Of a stretch of DNA of 64,000 bases, positions 1-9,362 are shown in pieces; the stretch's first letter is position 1; each line of letters begins with the position of its first letter. The DNA comes from Candidatus Latescibacterota bacterium. Lineage in GTDB: Bacteria; Latescibacterota; UBA2968; GCA-2709665. The stretch spans positions 448,001 through 512,000 of the forward strand of contig CBDDDZ010000003.1 of the NCBI GenBank assembly GCA_965226795.1. The letters are read 5' to 3'. Under the pieces are notes generated by a model. That model saw nothing but the letters and a program-made list of their open reading frames with translations. It ran no database searches and was not told the DNA's origin. The position numbers and the translations under genes are program-made.

Positions 1-707
1 GTTTCCACCTCACCGCCCGCCCGGGTGACAACCGCCATATAGACTGCGTTCTCTGCCGGGCTGTTCTCGGTATCGGCAAGACTGCCCGACCAGCCAACGC
101 CCAGCCTCTCTTGAGGCTGCAATCCGGATACGGTTACCCCCATGTCCGCCCGGTACCGGTTACCCTGAAAGCGAATCCGCTTCTCGATCGAGCGCGTTCC
201 CGATTGCGCCGTGAAGATCAGTTCGGCCTGCTCGGCCCCGATTAGGTTGAGCCTCGGTGTGTCAGTGAAAAACTCGTATGCATCCAGCGATTCACCGGCT
301 AACGATAGACCCAGCGCGGTGCTCCCTGGCGCGAAAAGATCGAGCTGTCCCCCGTCCGGATGTTCATAGGCCCTCAGGCGAAGGCGGGTCAATACCCCGC
401 CCCGGGTGCTGAACGTGGCAGTAAAGAGGTCGGTTTCGACAATGACGTCCTGCGGGGTGAATTCCCCTTCGCCGTATCGAGGGATCCGCGGATCCCTCGA
501 TACGGCGAAGGGCGCATCCGGCGCAATCTCGGGCTGGCGGATGGGCTGGTCCGGCGACAGCGCCGGAGGCGTTCGCATGCTTTCGGCGGGGACCCGTTCA
601 TGTGGCGAGATAGGAGTCGGCTCCCCCAGTATCCATTCCATATAATGGGGATAGAGGATGATGATCAGGCCGATTAAAACAAAGGCGAGGATTGTACGCT
701 TATCCAT
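1..707 (-). CDS. yidC: Membrane protein insertase YidC, N-terminal part (runs off left edge)
   Basis: Manual translation from ATG at 707: MDKRTILAFVLIGLIIILYPHYMEWILG..., typical YidC N-terminal TM; canonical position downstream of rpmH-rnpA. Not in ORF track because truncated. Confidence 0.85.
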   Translation of the reverse strand, partial: MDKRTILAFVLIGLIIILYPHYMEWILGEPTPISPHERVPAESMRTPPALSPDQPIRQPEIAPDAPFAVSRDPRIPRYGEGEFTPQDVIVETDLFTATFSTRGGVLTRLRLRAYEHPDGGQLDLFAPGSTALGLSLAGESLDAYEFFTDTPRLNLIGAEQAELIFTAQSGTRSIEKRIRFQGNRYRADMGVTVSGLQPQERLGVGWSGSLADTENSPAENAVYMAVVTRAGGEVE

Positions 708-812
708 TCGTCAACCCTGTATTGAGGATATGCAATCGTGAAGAAAGGAACTGGAATGGTTCCGGATCTAATACAGAAAATCGATTCCCGCAGATAAAGA
801 AGGAGGGACAAT

Positions 813-1008
813 TGTTCTGTCCCGGAAATATGTCATCATTCATCCGCCGATTCACCCGGTGTCGCTGCGTTGCATGCGGTGCCTGTGCTGCTTGCGTTGA
901 GCTTGTCGAAACGAGCCTGTTGAAGTGCCACCGCTCGCCGACCTTGCGCTGGTCGCAGGCGCCTTGCGAGTCGGGCGAATTTCGGCAATCTATTTCCGGG
1001 TCAGAACA
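813..1008. mobile_element. MITE-like element, copy 1, with 18-bp imperfect terminal inverted repeats
   Basis: TGTTCTGTCCCGGAAATA (813-830) and TATTTCCGGGTCAGAACA (991-1008); subterminal sequence matches 45738-45881 in reverse orientation. Confidence 0.7.
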
Positions 1009-1065
1009 CTGGCGGGGGCGTAATGAGGAGGGCGACAAACATCCGAAGACAAAGAGGAGAACTAT

Positions 1066-1428
1066 TCAACGAGGAAGCAACCCGAACGACGGGATGGACG
1101 ACACGCGGTGAAGACCCAGATTTCCAAACGCGGAGATCAGATCCGCACGGAGATCCCGGAACCCTGCACAGGCCGAACCGTCGCCAACGGAAATAAAGAC
1201 CATATGACCCGTGCGGCCGTGCGGGACCATTTCCATGCAGATAGCACGAATTCGCCGCCGCGCGCGATTTCGCGCAACTGCCTTTCCAAACCGCTTCCGC
1301 ACGGAAATGAAGATACGATCTTCCGCGGATTTACACGCACGGACGTGCAACCAGCGGCCCCTGAATAAAGATCCGGCCCGGCGTAGATTCTGAACCTCCG
1401 TGCGCAACCGGGCTTTAGGCTTGCTCAT
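1066..1428 (-). CDS. rnpA: Ribonuclease P protein component
   Basis: RNR motif KAVARNRARRRIR; directly downstream of rpmH. Confidence 0.9.
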   Translation of the reverse strand: MSKPKARLRTEVQNLRRAGSLFRGRWLHVRACKSAEDRIFISVRKRFGKAVARNRARRRIRAICMEMVPHGRTGHMVFISVGDGSACAGFRDLRADLISAFGNLGLHRVSSIPSFGLLPR

Positions 1429-1429
1429 T

Positions 1430-1564
1430 CTAGAGGGAAATCCTCACGCGGCCCTTTCGACGGCGCCTGGAGAATATCTTGCGCCCACCGGGGGTCCGCA
1501 TGCGATGGCGAAAGCCGTGTTTGTTTTTTCGTTTCCGGTTGCTGGGCTGGAATGTCCGCTTCAT
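1430..1564 (-). CDS. rpmH: 50S ribosomal protein L34
   Basis: Manual translation [44 protein letters not shown] (44 aa, below ORF-track cutoff). Confidence 0.97.
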   Translation of the reverse strand: MKRTFQPSNRKRKNKHGFRHRMRTPGGRKIFSRRRRKGRVRISL

Positions 1565-1630
1565 AACATTGTCCGTGCGTTATGCAAAAAATAGCCGTTC
1601 GCGTATCTGAATGCATTGTAGGAAGTTATG

Positions 1631-1659
1631 AATATAGAGGGGGACGGAATCTTTGTCAA
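1631..1659 (-). promoter_or_regulatory. sigma70-type promoter of rpmH-rnpA-yidC
   Basis: TTGACA-N17-TATATT on minus strand. Confidence 0.75.
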
Positions 1660-1695
1660 GTGATTTCCTCGGTATCCATATGATCACACGAAATA

Positions 1696-1741
1696 CCACT
1701 ACATATTGTATTTCTTTCACTTAATATCCATTATATAGGGC
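1696..1741. promoter_or_regulatory. Tandem NrdR-box-like sites between rpmH and dnaA promoters
   Basis: CCACTACATATTGTAT (1696-1711) fits acaCwAtATaTwGtgt; weaker ATCCATTATATAGGGC (1726-1741) 30 bp downstream. Confidence 0.55.
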
Positions 1742-1797
1742 TTCCACTTTATCGAACCATAGTTGAAAAATAGGCTGTATTTTCTGGCATAAAGGGC

Positions 1798-1826
1798 TTG
1801 ACTTTTCCAACTCTATTCTTTAGTTT
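1798..1826 (+). promoter_or_regulatory. Putative dnaA promoter
   Basis: TTGACT-N17-TAGTTT. Confidence 0.5.
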
Positions 1827-2121
1827 GCTCCCTCCAATTGCCGAGGATAGTTCCTTCGGCGACTCCCCCGTTTTTTGTTCTTCATTCTTTATCGTCGATT
1901 CTTCGTGTGACCGGACGGCCACCGGCAGGCCACATTGTTGTCCAATTGTAAGGAATTCATTCCTTCCTTTGGCGTGAATTGCATCCCCCCAGAATATCTT
2001 CTGTAATACTCCCTCCAATAGATGATCTTCTGGCTTCTGGCGGGGCTCGGCATAATTCCCGGCCAACTCTCTCTTATATTGCAAATCGGGTTTAGCGGCG
2101 GCTCATGTCCCTCGCTGACGT

Positions 2122-3549
2122 ATGGGTGGTTTTGTCTCTATGGTTGAAAATCCTTCCGACCTCTGGGGCCAGTGTCTGCGAAAAATAGAGGGAAAAGTCG
2201 AGGCGGACGCCTACCTCACATGGTTCGCCCAGACGTCCTCACCGCGGATGGGGGCCGAGTTCGCTGTCATTGAGGTGCCAACCTCTTTTTTTGCGGACTG
2301 GCTTGAAGAACATTGGCTTGATTTAATCCAGACTACAATAAAAGAGATTACTTCCTGGACGCCGGAAGTCAGATTCGATGTCGAGAAAGATGTTCGGTCG
2401 ACCTCAGGGGCGCCACTCGATTTCTCTCTTAATGACGATTCCGCACCTCCTCGGAATCCCGAACCCGAACAAAAACCGGTCGCTCCCGCACCTGTCTCCG
2501 AAGCCGTCTTTCCCCTGAATCCCAGATATCGGTTTGAAGATTTCGTCGTCGGCGAGAGCAATCAATTCTCATTTACGGCGGCGAAAGCCGTCGCGGAATC
2601 GCCCGGCCGGATATCCTACAATCCGCTGGTTATCTATAGCGGCGTGGGCCTGGGTAAAACCCACCTGCTACAGGCTATTGGCGACTATTGCGTACGCAAC
2701 AATACAGCCCGCCGTGTGGTGTATGCCACGGCCGAGCGGTTCTATACCGACTATCTGAAAGCCATTCAGAAACAGGATACGTCCACGTATATCGAAATTT
2801 ATCGAAACGCGGACATTCTTCTGATTGACGACATTCAGTTTTATGTAAAGACCGAAGCGTGCCAGCGCGAGTTCATTCACACATTCAACGCATTATATCA
2901 ACTGAACAAACAGATCGTCTTGAGTTCAGACCGCCCGCCGTCAACCCTTAAGGGATTCGAAGACAGGCTTATTTCACGGTTTCAGTGGGGCCTTGTTTCG
3001 GATATTGACCGGCCAGACCTGGAAACCCGGATTGCCATTGTCAATCAGAAGGCCGCCGATCATGGTGTCCGCATCCCCCAGGATGTTGCTCGTTTCCTGG
3101 CCGAACAGGTAGATTCCAACATCCGGGAACTGGAAGGCGCCCTGACCCACCTCATTACTTTTTCGGTATATAAACGCGCACCTGTTTCACTCGAAATCGC
3201 CAGGGATACCATAAAGAGTCTGGGGCGCGTGAAGGCCATCACAACATCCGCAGTCAGCATAGAGGAGATCAAGAAGAGTACGGCGAGGTTCTTCAACATA
3301 TCCGTTGAAATGTTGACCGGGTCCACCCGCAAGCAGGAAATCGCCACAGCTCGGCATATCTGCATGTACCTTTGCAGAAGGCTTACCGAGGCGCCCCTCA
3401 AGTCCATCGGCACCGAATTCGGGAATAGGGATCATACAACAGTCATTCACGCGTGCAAAAACATCGCCGCCAAGCTTTCAACCGACCCCGATTTCCAAAC
3501 GCTCGTCAGCCGCATCCAAAACAGAGTACAGCAGTTCGCATCGGCCTGA
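2122..3549 (+). CDS. dnaA: Chromosomal replication initiator DnaA (start may be 2140)
   Basis: LNPRYRFEDFVVG, Walker A GVGLGKTHL, LLIDDIQF, NIRELEGAL, domain IV RDHTTVIHA. Confidence 0.99.
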   Translation: MGGFVSMVENPSDLWGQCLRKIEGKVEADAYLTWFAQTSSPRMGAEFAVIEVPTSFFADWLEEHWLDLIQTTIKEITSWTPEVRFDVEKDVRSTSGAPLDFSLNDDSAPPRNPEPEQKPVAPAPVSEAVFPLNPRYRFEDFVVGESNQFSFTAAKAVAESPGRISYNPLVIYSGVGLGKTHLLQAIGDYCVRNNTARRVVYATAERFYTDYLKAIQKQDTSTYIEIYRNADILLIDDIQFYVKTEACQREFIHTFNALYQLNKQIVLSSDRPPSTLKGFEDRLISRFQWGLVSDIDRPDLETRIAIVNQKAADHGVRIPQDVARFLAEQVDSNIRELEGALTHLITFSVYKRAPVSLEIARDTIKSLGRVKAITTSAVSIEEIKKSTARFFNISVEMLTGSTRKQEIATARHICMYLCRRLTEAPLKSIGTEFGNRDHTTVIHACKNIAAKLSTDPDFQTLVSRIQNRVQQFASA

Positions 3550-3595
3550 ATCCCCCCTCATCTGTTGTTTCGGTTGTGGCTGCACAGTCTCATTA

Positions 3596-3752
3596 TTACG
3601 GTGATCACCTTATAGTTTACATCATAAGGCGCGGTAGCAGGGCAATACAGACAACCCACATGATTGAACCGAAGAACGACCGATTCCCGCCTTGAATCGG
3701 TTTTTTTATTGAAACCCGAATATCTTACAGTGAGCACCTTATAGTTTACATC
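3596..3752 (+). repeat. 28-bp direct repeat pair (3596-3623, 3725-3752)
   Basis: TTACGGTGATCACCTTATAGTTTACATC vs TTACAGTGAGCACCTTATAGTTTACATC, 2 mismatches. Confidence 0.85.
3679..3707 (+). terminator. Intrinsic terminator downstream of dnaA
   Basis: ACCGATTC-ccgcctt-GAATCGGT stem followed by T run. Confidence 0.75.
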
Positions 3753-3799
3753 GTCCTCCTCTGCAGGATGGGTAATAAACGTCTACTGTTTACCGCTCC

Positions 3800-4250
3800 T
3801 GGTATTATCAACAATAAACAAGTCCTCATATTGTTAATGTTTATTGAATTTAAAATACATGATATCTAAAAATACAACAACAACAAGGCCCGTTGGGAAG
3901 TGGAAAAGATCGAATTCGCCCGTTCAGGGTAAGGAAAATCCGGTCGCAGTATTGTAGAAACGTTATGGAAAACATGTGTATATCCGGCGTGTTGTTCACC
4001 TCAGTGGCACGTGTGCACCCACGTCTATCGTTTTCCACAGTTTCTCCCGAAAGTTATTCACAAACCCGGATCTCGGTAACAGAAACGCGAGCATTCGTAA
4101 TATCTGATATAAAAATATATATTTGTATCCATAACGTATACGAGAGTCGCAGGGAATTTCACTAGTTTTGCTAACAATGGCGAATGTGGATATCGTGCCG
4201 AGGCCCGAGACGGTGATCCGGCAGGATCGTACCGGTCGCCTGATCCACGG
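3800..4250. other. Replication origin oriC (DnaA-box cluster plus AT-rich DUE)
   Basis: 1-kb dnaA-dnaN gap; DnaA-box-like 9-mers TTATCAACA 3805, AGTGGAAAA 3899, TATGGAAAA 3964, TTTTCCACA 4031, TTATTCACA 4054, TGTGGATAT 4185, TGATCCACG 4241; very AT-rich 3801-3886. Confidence 0.85.
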
Positions 4251-4423
4251 GGAAAGCATGGCCGGATCGGCGGAGATCGTTCACGTTCGGATTTAAAGCC
4301 GCAGTAGCGGCTCCAGGGGTGGGCAGGGGACGGTTGAAGGGGTTGGAAACGACAGACTTTGGGGTGGCGTAGAGGGCGGTTCGAAAGAGGGTTTGCACTG
4401 GACCGCGCAAAAGACAAAAAACG

Positions 4424-4452
4424 TTGACAAATTCGATAAAAATCAGTATATT
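4424..4452 (+). promoter_or_regulatory. sigma70-type promoter of dnaN operon
   Basis: TTGACA-N17-TATATT. Confidence 0.75.
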
Positions 4453-4570
4453 ACGTCATGGTTTCCAACGGCCCGCCGAGCCGTTTTTTTTGCGATGAAT
4501 ACAAAGCGGGATTTTAACCCGGATTCGATGGGGCAACGTCAATGCCGGACGTGTTCCCGGGAGACATAAA

Positions 4571-5770
4571 ATGAAGGTGGTTATTGAGCAGGAGATGCTC
4601 ATCTGGGGCATCAACTCGGTGCTGGATATCGTCCCGTCCAAAACAGCCCTTCCGGTGCTGTCGAATATTCTTGTCGGAACCAACGCGAGCGGGGAGGTAT
4701 GCCTTAGCGCGACAGATCTTGATATTTCCATTCACTGCATGCTTGCGGGTACCGTGGAAACAGCGGGTTCAACCACGGTCCCGGCCCGGAAATTCGCCGA
4801 GATCGTGCGGGAGTTGCCCGAAGGTCCCATTGTTCTGGCCGAAGAATCCGGACGCGTGACGATCCAGTGCCAATCAGGTCTGGAAGGAACGTATGCCCTC
4901 ATGACGACGCCCGCGGAAGACTTTCCCGAATTGCCCACGGAGGTCGAGGGTCCCGAGATGGTTTTCGCGCCCGGAGAAGATGCGCCCGAGGGTGTTGGCG
5001 AAGGCCAGTTGTTGCGGGAGATGATTCTGAAGACAACGTTTGCCGTCTCCAGAGATGAAACCAGACCGGTCCTGAACGGTGTGTTCTGGAAGGTAGGCAG
5101 CGGCCGGATGACCATGGTAGCCACGGATGGAGCCAGGCTGGTCAGATACTCCCGGACGCTCTCCGGTTCGGAGGCGCACGAGGTCTCCACGGAGGCAATC
5201 GTGCCCACGCGGGCGCTGAACCATCTGGTCAAGCTGGCTTCGGCCGGCAGCAGCCTGACCCGGGTGCAGTTCGGTCAGAATCACCTGATGTTCGATCTGC
5301 AGGCCGCCAATGGCTCCGTAAAGAACGCCAGGGGCGCCATTCGTCTGTTTTCCCGCCTGGTCGAAGGCCCCTATGTAGACTACGAGCAAGTAATCCCTCA
5401 GGACAATGACACAAGGATGAAGGTGCCCAATAGCCTGTTTATGCCCGCTGTTCGACGGGTCTCCATTCTTTCAAGCGCACAGACTCACCAGGTTCGCCTT
5501 GAAATGAACAACAACCGCGTCGTACTCTCGGCTTCGAGCCAGGAAATTGGAGGCGAGGCTCGCGAGGTGCTCGAAGCCGAATATAGCGGCGATGAAATGG
5601 TGGTTGGTTACAATTCGAACTATCTCCTGGATATTCTCAGGCGTATCGACTCCGAGCAGGTATCATTAGAGATGGACGGACCCATGGCGGCGGGGATCAT
5701 TCGGCCGGCGGAACAGCCGGAAGGCGAAGACTACCTGTGCCTGCTGATGCCGCTTCGGACAAACGACTGA
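4571..5770 (+). CDS. dnaN: DNA polymerase III beta sliding clamp
   Basis: LPVLSNIL, ATDLDISI, SRDETRPVLNGV, VATDGARL, C-terminal LLMPLR. Confidence 0.98.
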   Translation: MKVVIEQEMLIWGINSVLDIVPSKTALPVLSNILVGTNASGEVCLSATDLDISIHCMLAGTVETAGSTTVPARKFAEIVRELPEGPIVLAEESGRVTIQCQSGLEGTYALMTTPAEDFPELPTEVEGPEMVFAPGEDAPEGVGEGQLLREMILKTTFAVSRDETRPVLNGVFWKVGSGRMTMVATDGARLVRYSRTLSGSEAHEVSTEAIVPTRALNHLVKLASAGSSLTRVQFGQNHLMFDLQAANGSVKNARGAIRLFSRLVEGPYVDYEQVIPQDNDTRMKVPNSLFMPAVRRVSILSSAQTHQVRLEMNNNRVVLSASSQEIGGEAREVLEAEYSGDEMVVGYNSNYLLDILRRIDSEQVSLEMDGPMAAGIIRPAEQPEGEDYLCLLMPLRTND

Positions 5771-5783
5771 TGGGCGATGCGTT

Positions 5784-6866
5784 TTGCACCTTACGGCGCT
5801 AAAGCTTGTCAACTATCGAAATTTCGATACCGTCGACTTTGAGTTTACAGGCCGGAAAACGGCGGTTTTCGCCAAAAACGGCGTGGGTAAGTCGAACCTG
5901 CTGGAAGCCATATATTTTCTTGCCATAGCCAAGTCCGGTCGCGGCTCAAGAGACAGAGACGTCGTTCGGTGGGGGGCGGAATACTTCAGCATCGATGCGG
6001 CGGTTGCCTACAAAGACCGCTCAAGGTCGATCCGAATCGCATTCGACCGAAGAGCAGGCAAAAAAAAAGCGCTTCTGGATGCAGCCCCACTCCCTCGTCT
6101 TTCGAACCTTATCGGCACCTTTAACGCCGTTCTGTTCTTCCCGGAAGATGTAGACCTGGTCTTGCGGGATCCTCCCCAGCGTCGTCGTCTTCTGGATATC
6201 CTTGTTTCTCAGTGCCAGACCTCCTATCTGTCCGATCTGGATCAGTACCGTCGTGTACTGGTCCAGAGGAACCGGCTGCTGAAAGAAGGTCAGAGGCGGC
6301 CCCTGGACGTCCGTCATCTGGCGCCCTGGGACGTTCAACTGGCGGCGCTTGGGGCGCGGATTATTCGCGACAGGCTGGACGCACTGGATGCGATGCGACC
6401 CGCAATCGACGCGTATTATCGCCAGATTTCCCGCAGCAAAGAACAGGTCGCGTCGGTTTACCGCAGTCCCGTAAATGCCGATGACCGAGACCGCGGGCAG
6501 GAGATATTGGAGGCCGAACTTAGCCAACGGCGTGCAGACGAAGCGCTCCTGGGTTATACGCTGGTCGGCCCACACAGGGACCATTTGATTTTCACATTGG
6601 ATGGCCGAAGCGCACACAAGTTTGCCTCCAAGGGCCAACTCAAGAGCATTCTGCTGGCCTGGAAGCTTGCCGAGGCAGCCTATCTGGAGTCCCACACCGG
6701 CCGTTCCCCTGTGCTGCTGATGGACGACATTTTCGCCGAACTGGATCAAAACCGAGCAGAGGCGGGCATGGATCTTGTCGCTTCTTTCGGGCAGGTGTTC
6801 ATTACGTCCGCGCGCGAACCCGACGTGAATTTCAAGGACCGGGGATTTCAATTGTTGGCGCTATAG
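5784..6866 (+). CDS. recF: DNA replication/repair protein RecF (TTG start)
   Basis: NYRN, NGVGKSNLLEAI, TLVGPHRD, ASKGQ, PVLLMDDIFAELD. Confidence 0.97.
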   Translation: MHLTALKLVNYRNFDTVDFEFTGRKTAVFAKNGVGKSNLLEAIYFLAIAKSGRGSRDRDVVRWGAEYFSIDAAVAYKDRSRSIRIAFDRRAGKKKALLDAAPLPRLSNLIGTFNAVLFFPEDVDLVLRDPPQRRRLLDILVSQCQTSYLSDLDQYRRVLVQRNRLLKEGQRRPLDVRHLAPWDVQLAALGARIIRDRLDALDAMRPAIDAYYRQISRSKEQVASVYRSPVNADDRDRGQEILEAELSQRRADEALLGYTLVGPHRDHLIFTLDGRSAHKFASKGQLKSILLAWKLAEAAYLESHTGRSPVLLMDDIFAELDQNRAEAGMDLVASFGQVFITSAREPDVNFKDRGFQLLAL

Positions 6867-6893
6867 CGTCGATGTCGCCGCTTGGATCGAAGA

Positions 6894-7241
6894 ATGGCGT
6901 ACTTTGAAGATATTGAGAGCCAGACACCGGCGTCCGGTCGTACCGGCGCAGGTACCGTTCCTCTTGACGTGGCTCTCCGGGAGGCAGTGCGGGCGCTGGG
7001 CATCGAGGTGCAGCTCCTCGAGCAGCGTGCGCTGATGCTGTTGCCCGAGGTGATAAACGAATTCAGCGGTGTGCCGGACGCGATGGCCCGAACGGCCGAG
7101 ATTCGTCGAGGCGAGCTTGTGATCTGGATCAGACAGCACGCCGTGCGCCACCGGCTGCTGTTCGAGCGGCATCGAATCCAGGCCAGGTTGAACGAGGCCG
7201 TCGGTCGAGACGTCGTAACGTCGATTCGGTTCGGGAGATGA
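6894..7241 (+). CDS. DUF721 / DciA-like helicase-loading protein
   Basis: Position between recF and gyrB; GELVIWI...RLNEAVGRDVVTSIRF pattern typical of DUF721. Confidence 0.75.
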   Translation: MAYFEDIESQTPASGRTGAGTVPLDVALREAVRALGIEVQLLEQRALMLLPEVINEFSGVPDAMARTAEIRRGELVIWIRQHAVRHRLLFERHRIQARLNEAVGRDVVTSIRFGR

Positions 7242-7329
7242 ACGACGGTCGCAGCAGCACAAATGCACCAGCATTATGAACCCCAGGTGATAAAGGCTCC
7301 ATTGGAGAAAACGCCGGGATAGACATTGA

Positions 7330-9291
<1,962 letters not shown>

Positions 9292-9362
9292 GCGAGCGCC
9301 GCAGGGGTTCTGCCGCCTCGCAAGGGCGGGCGTTGACCTGACAAACACGGGGGATAAAAAGG

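Noticed and set aside
700..1038. 112-aa ORF in the usual yidD position
   Set aside because: No YidD motifs (CRFxPTCS, RCHP); it spans the MITE-like element.
1749..2084. 111-aa ORF upstream of dnaA and small ORFs inside oriC (3850-4417)
   Set aside because: Overlap promoter/origin elements, atypical composition, no motifs.
3596..3752. 28-bp repeats as dif/Xer, parS or CRISPR repeats
   Set aside because: No XerC/XerD arm spacing or parS palindrome; only two copies with a 101-bp gap and no cas genes.
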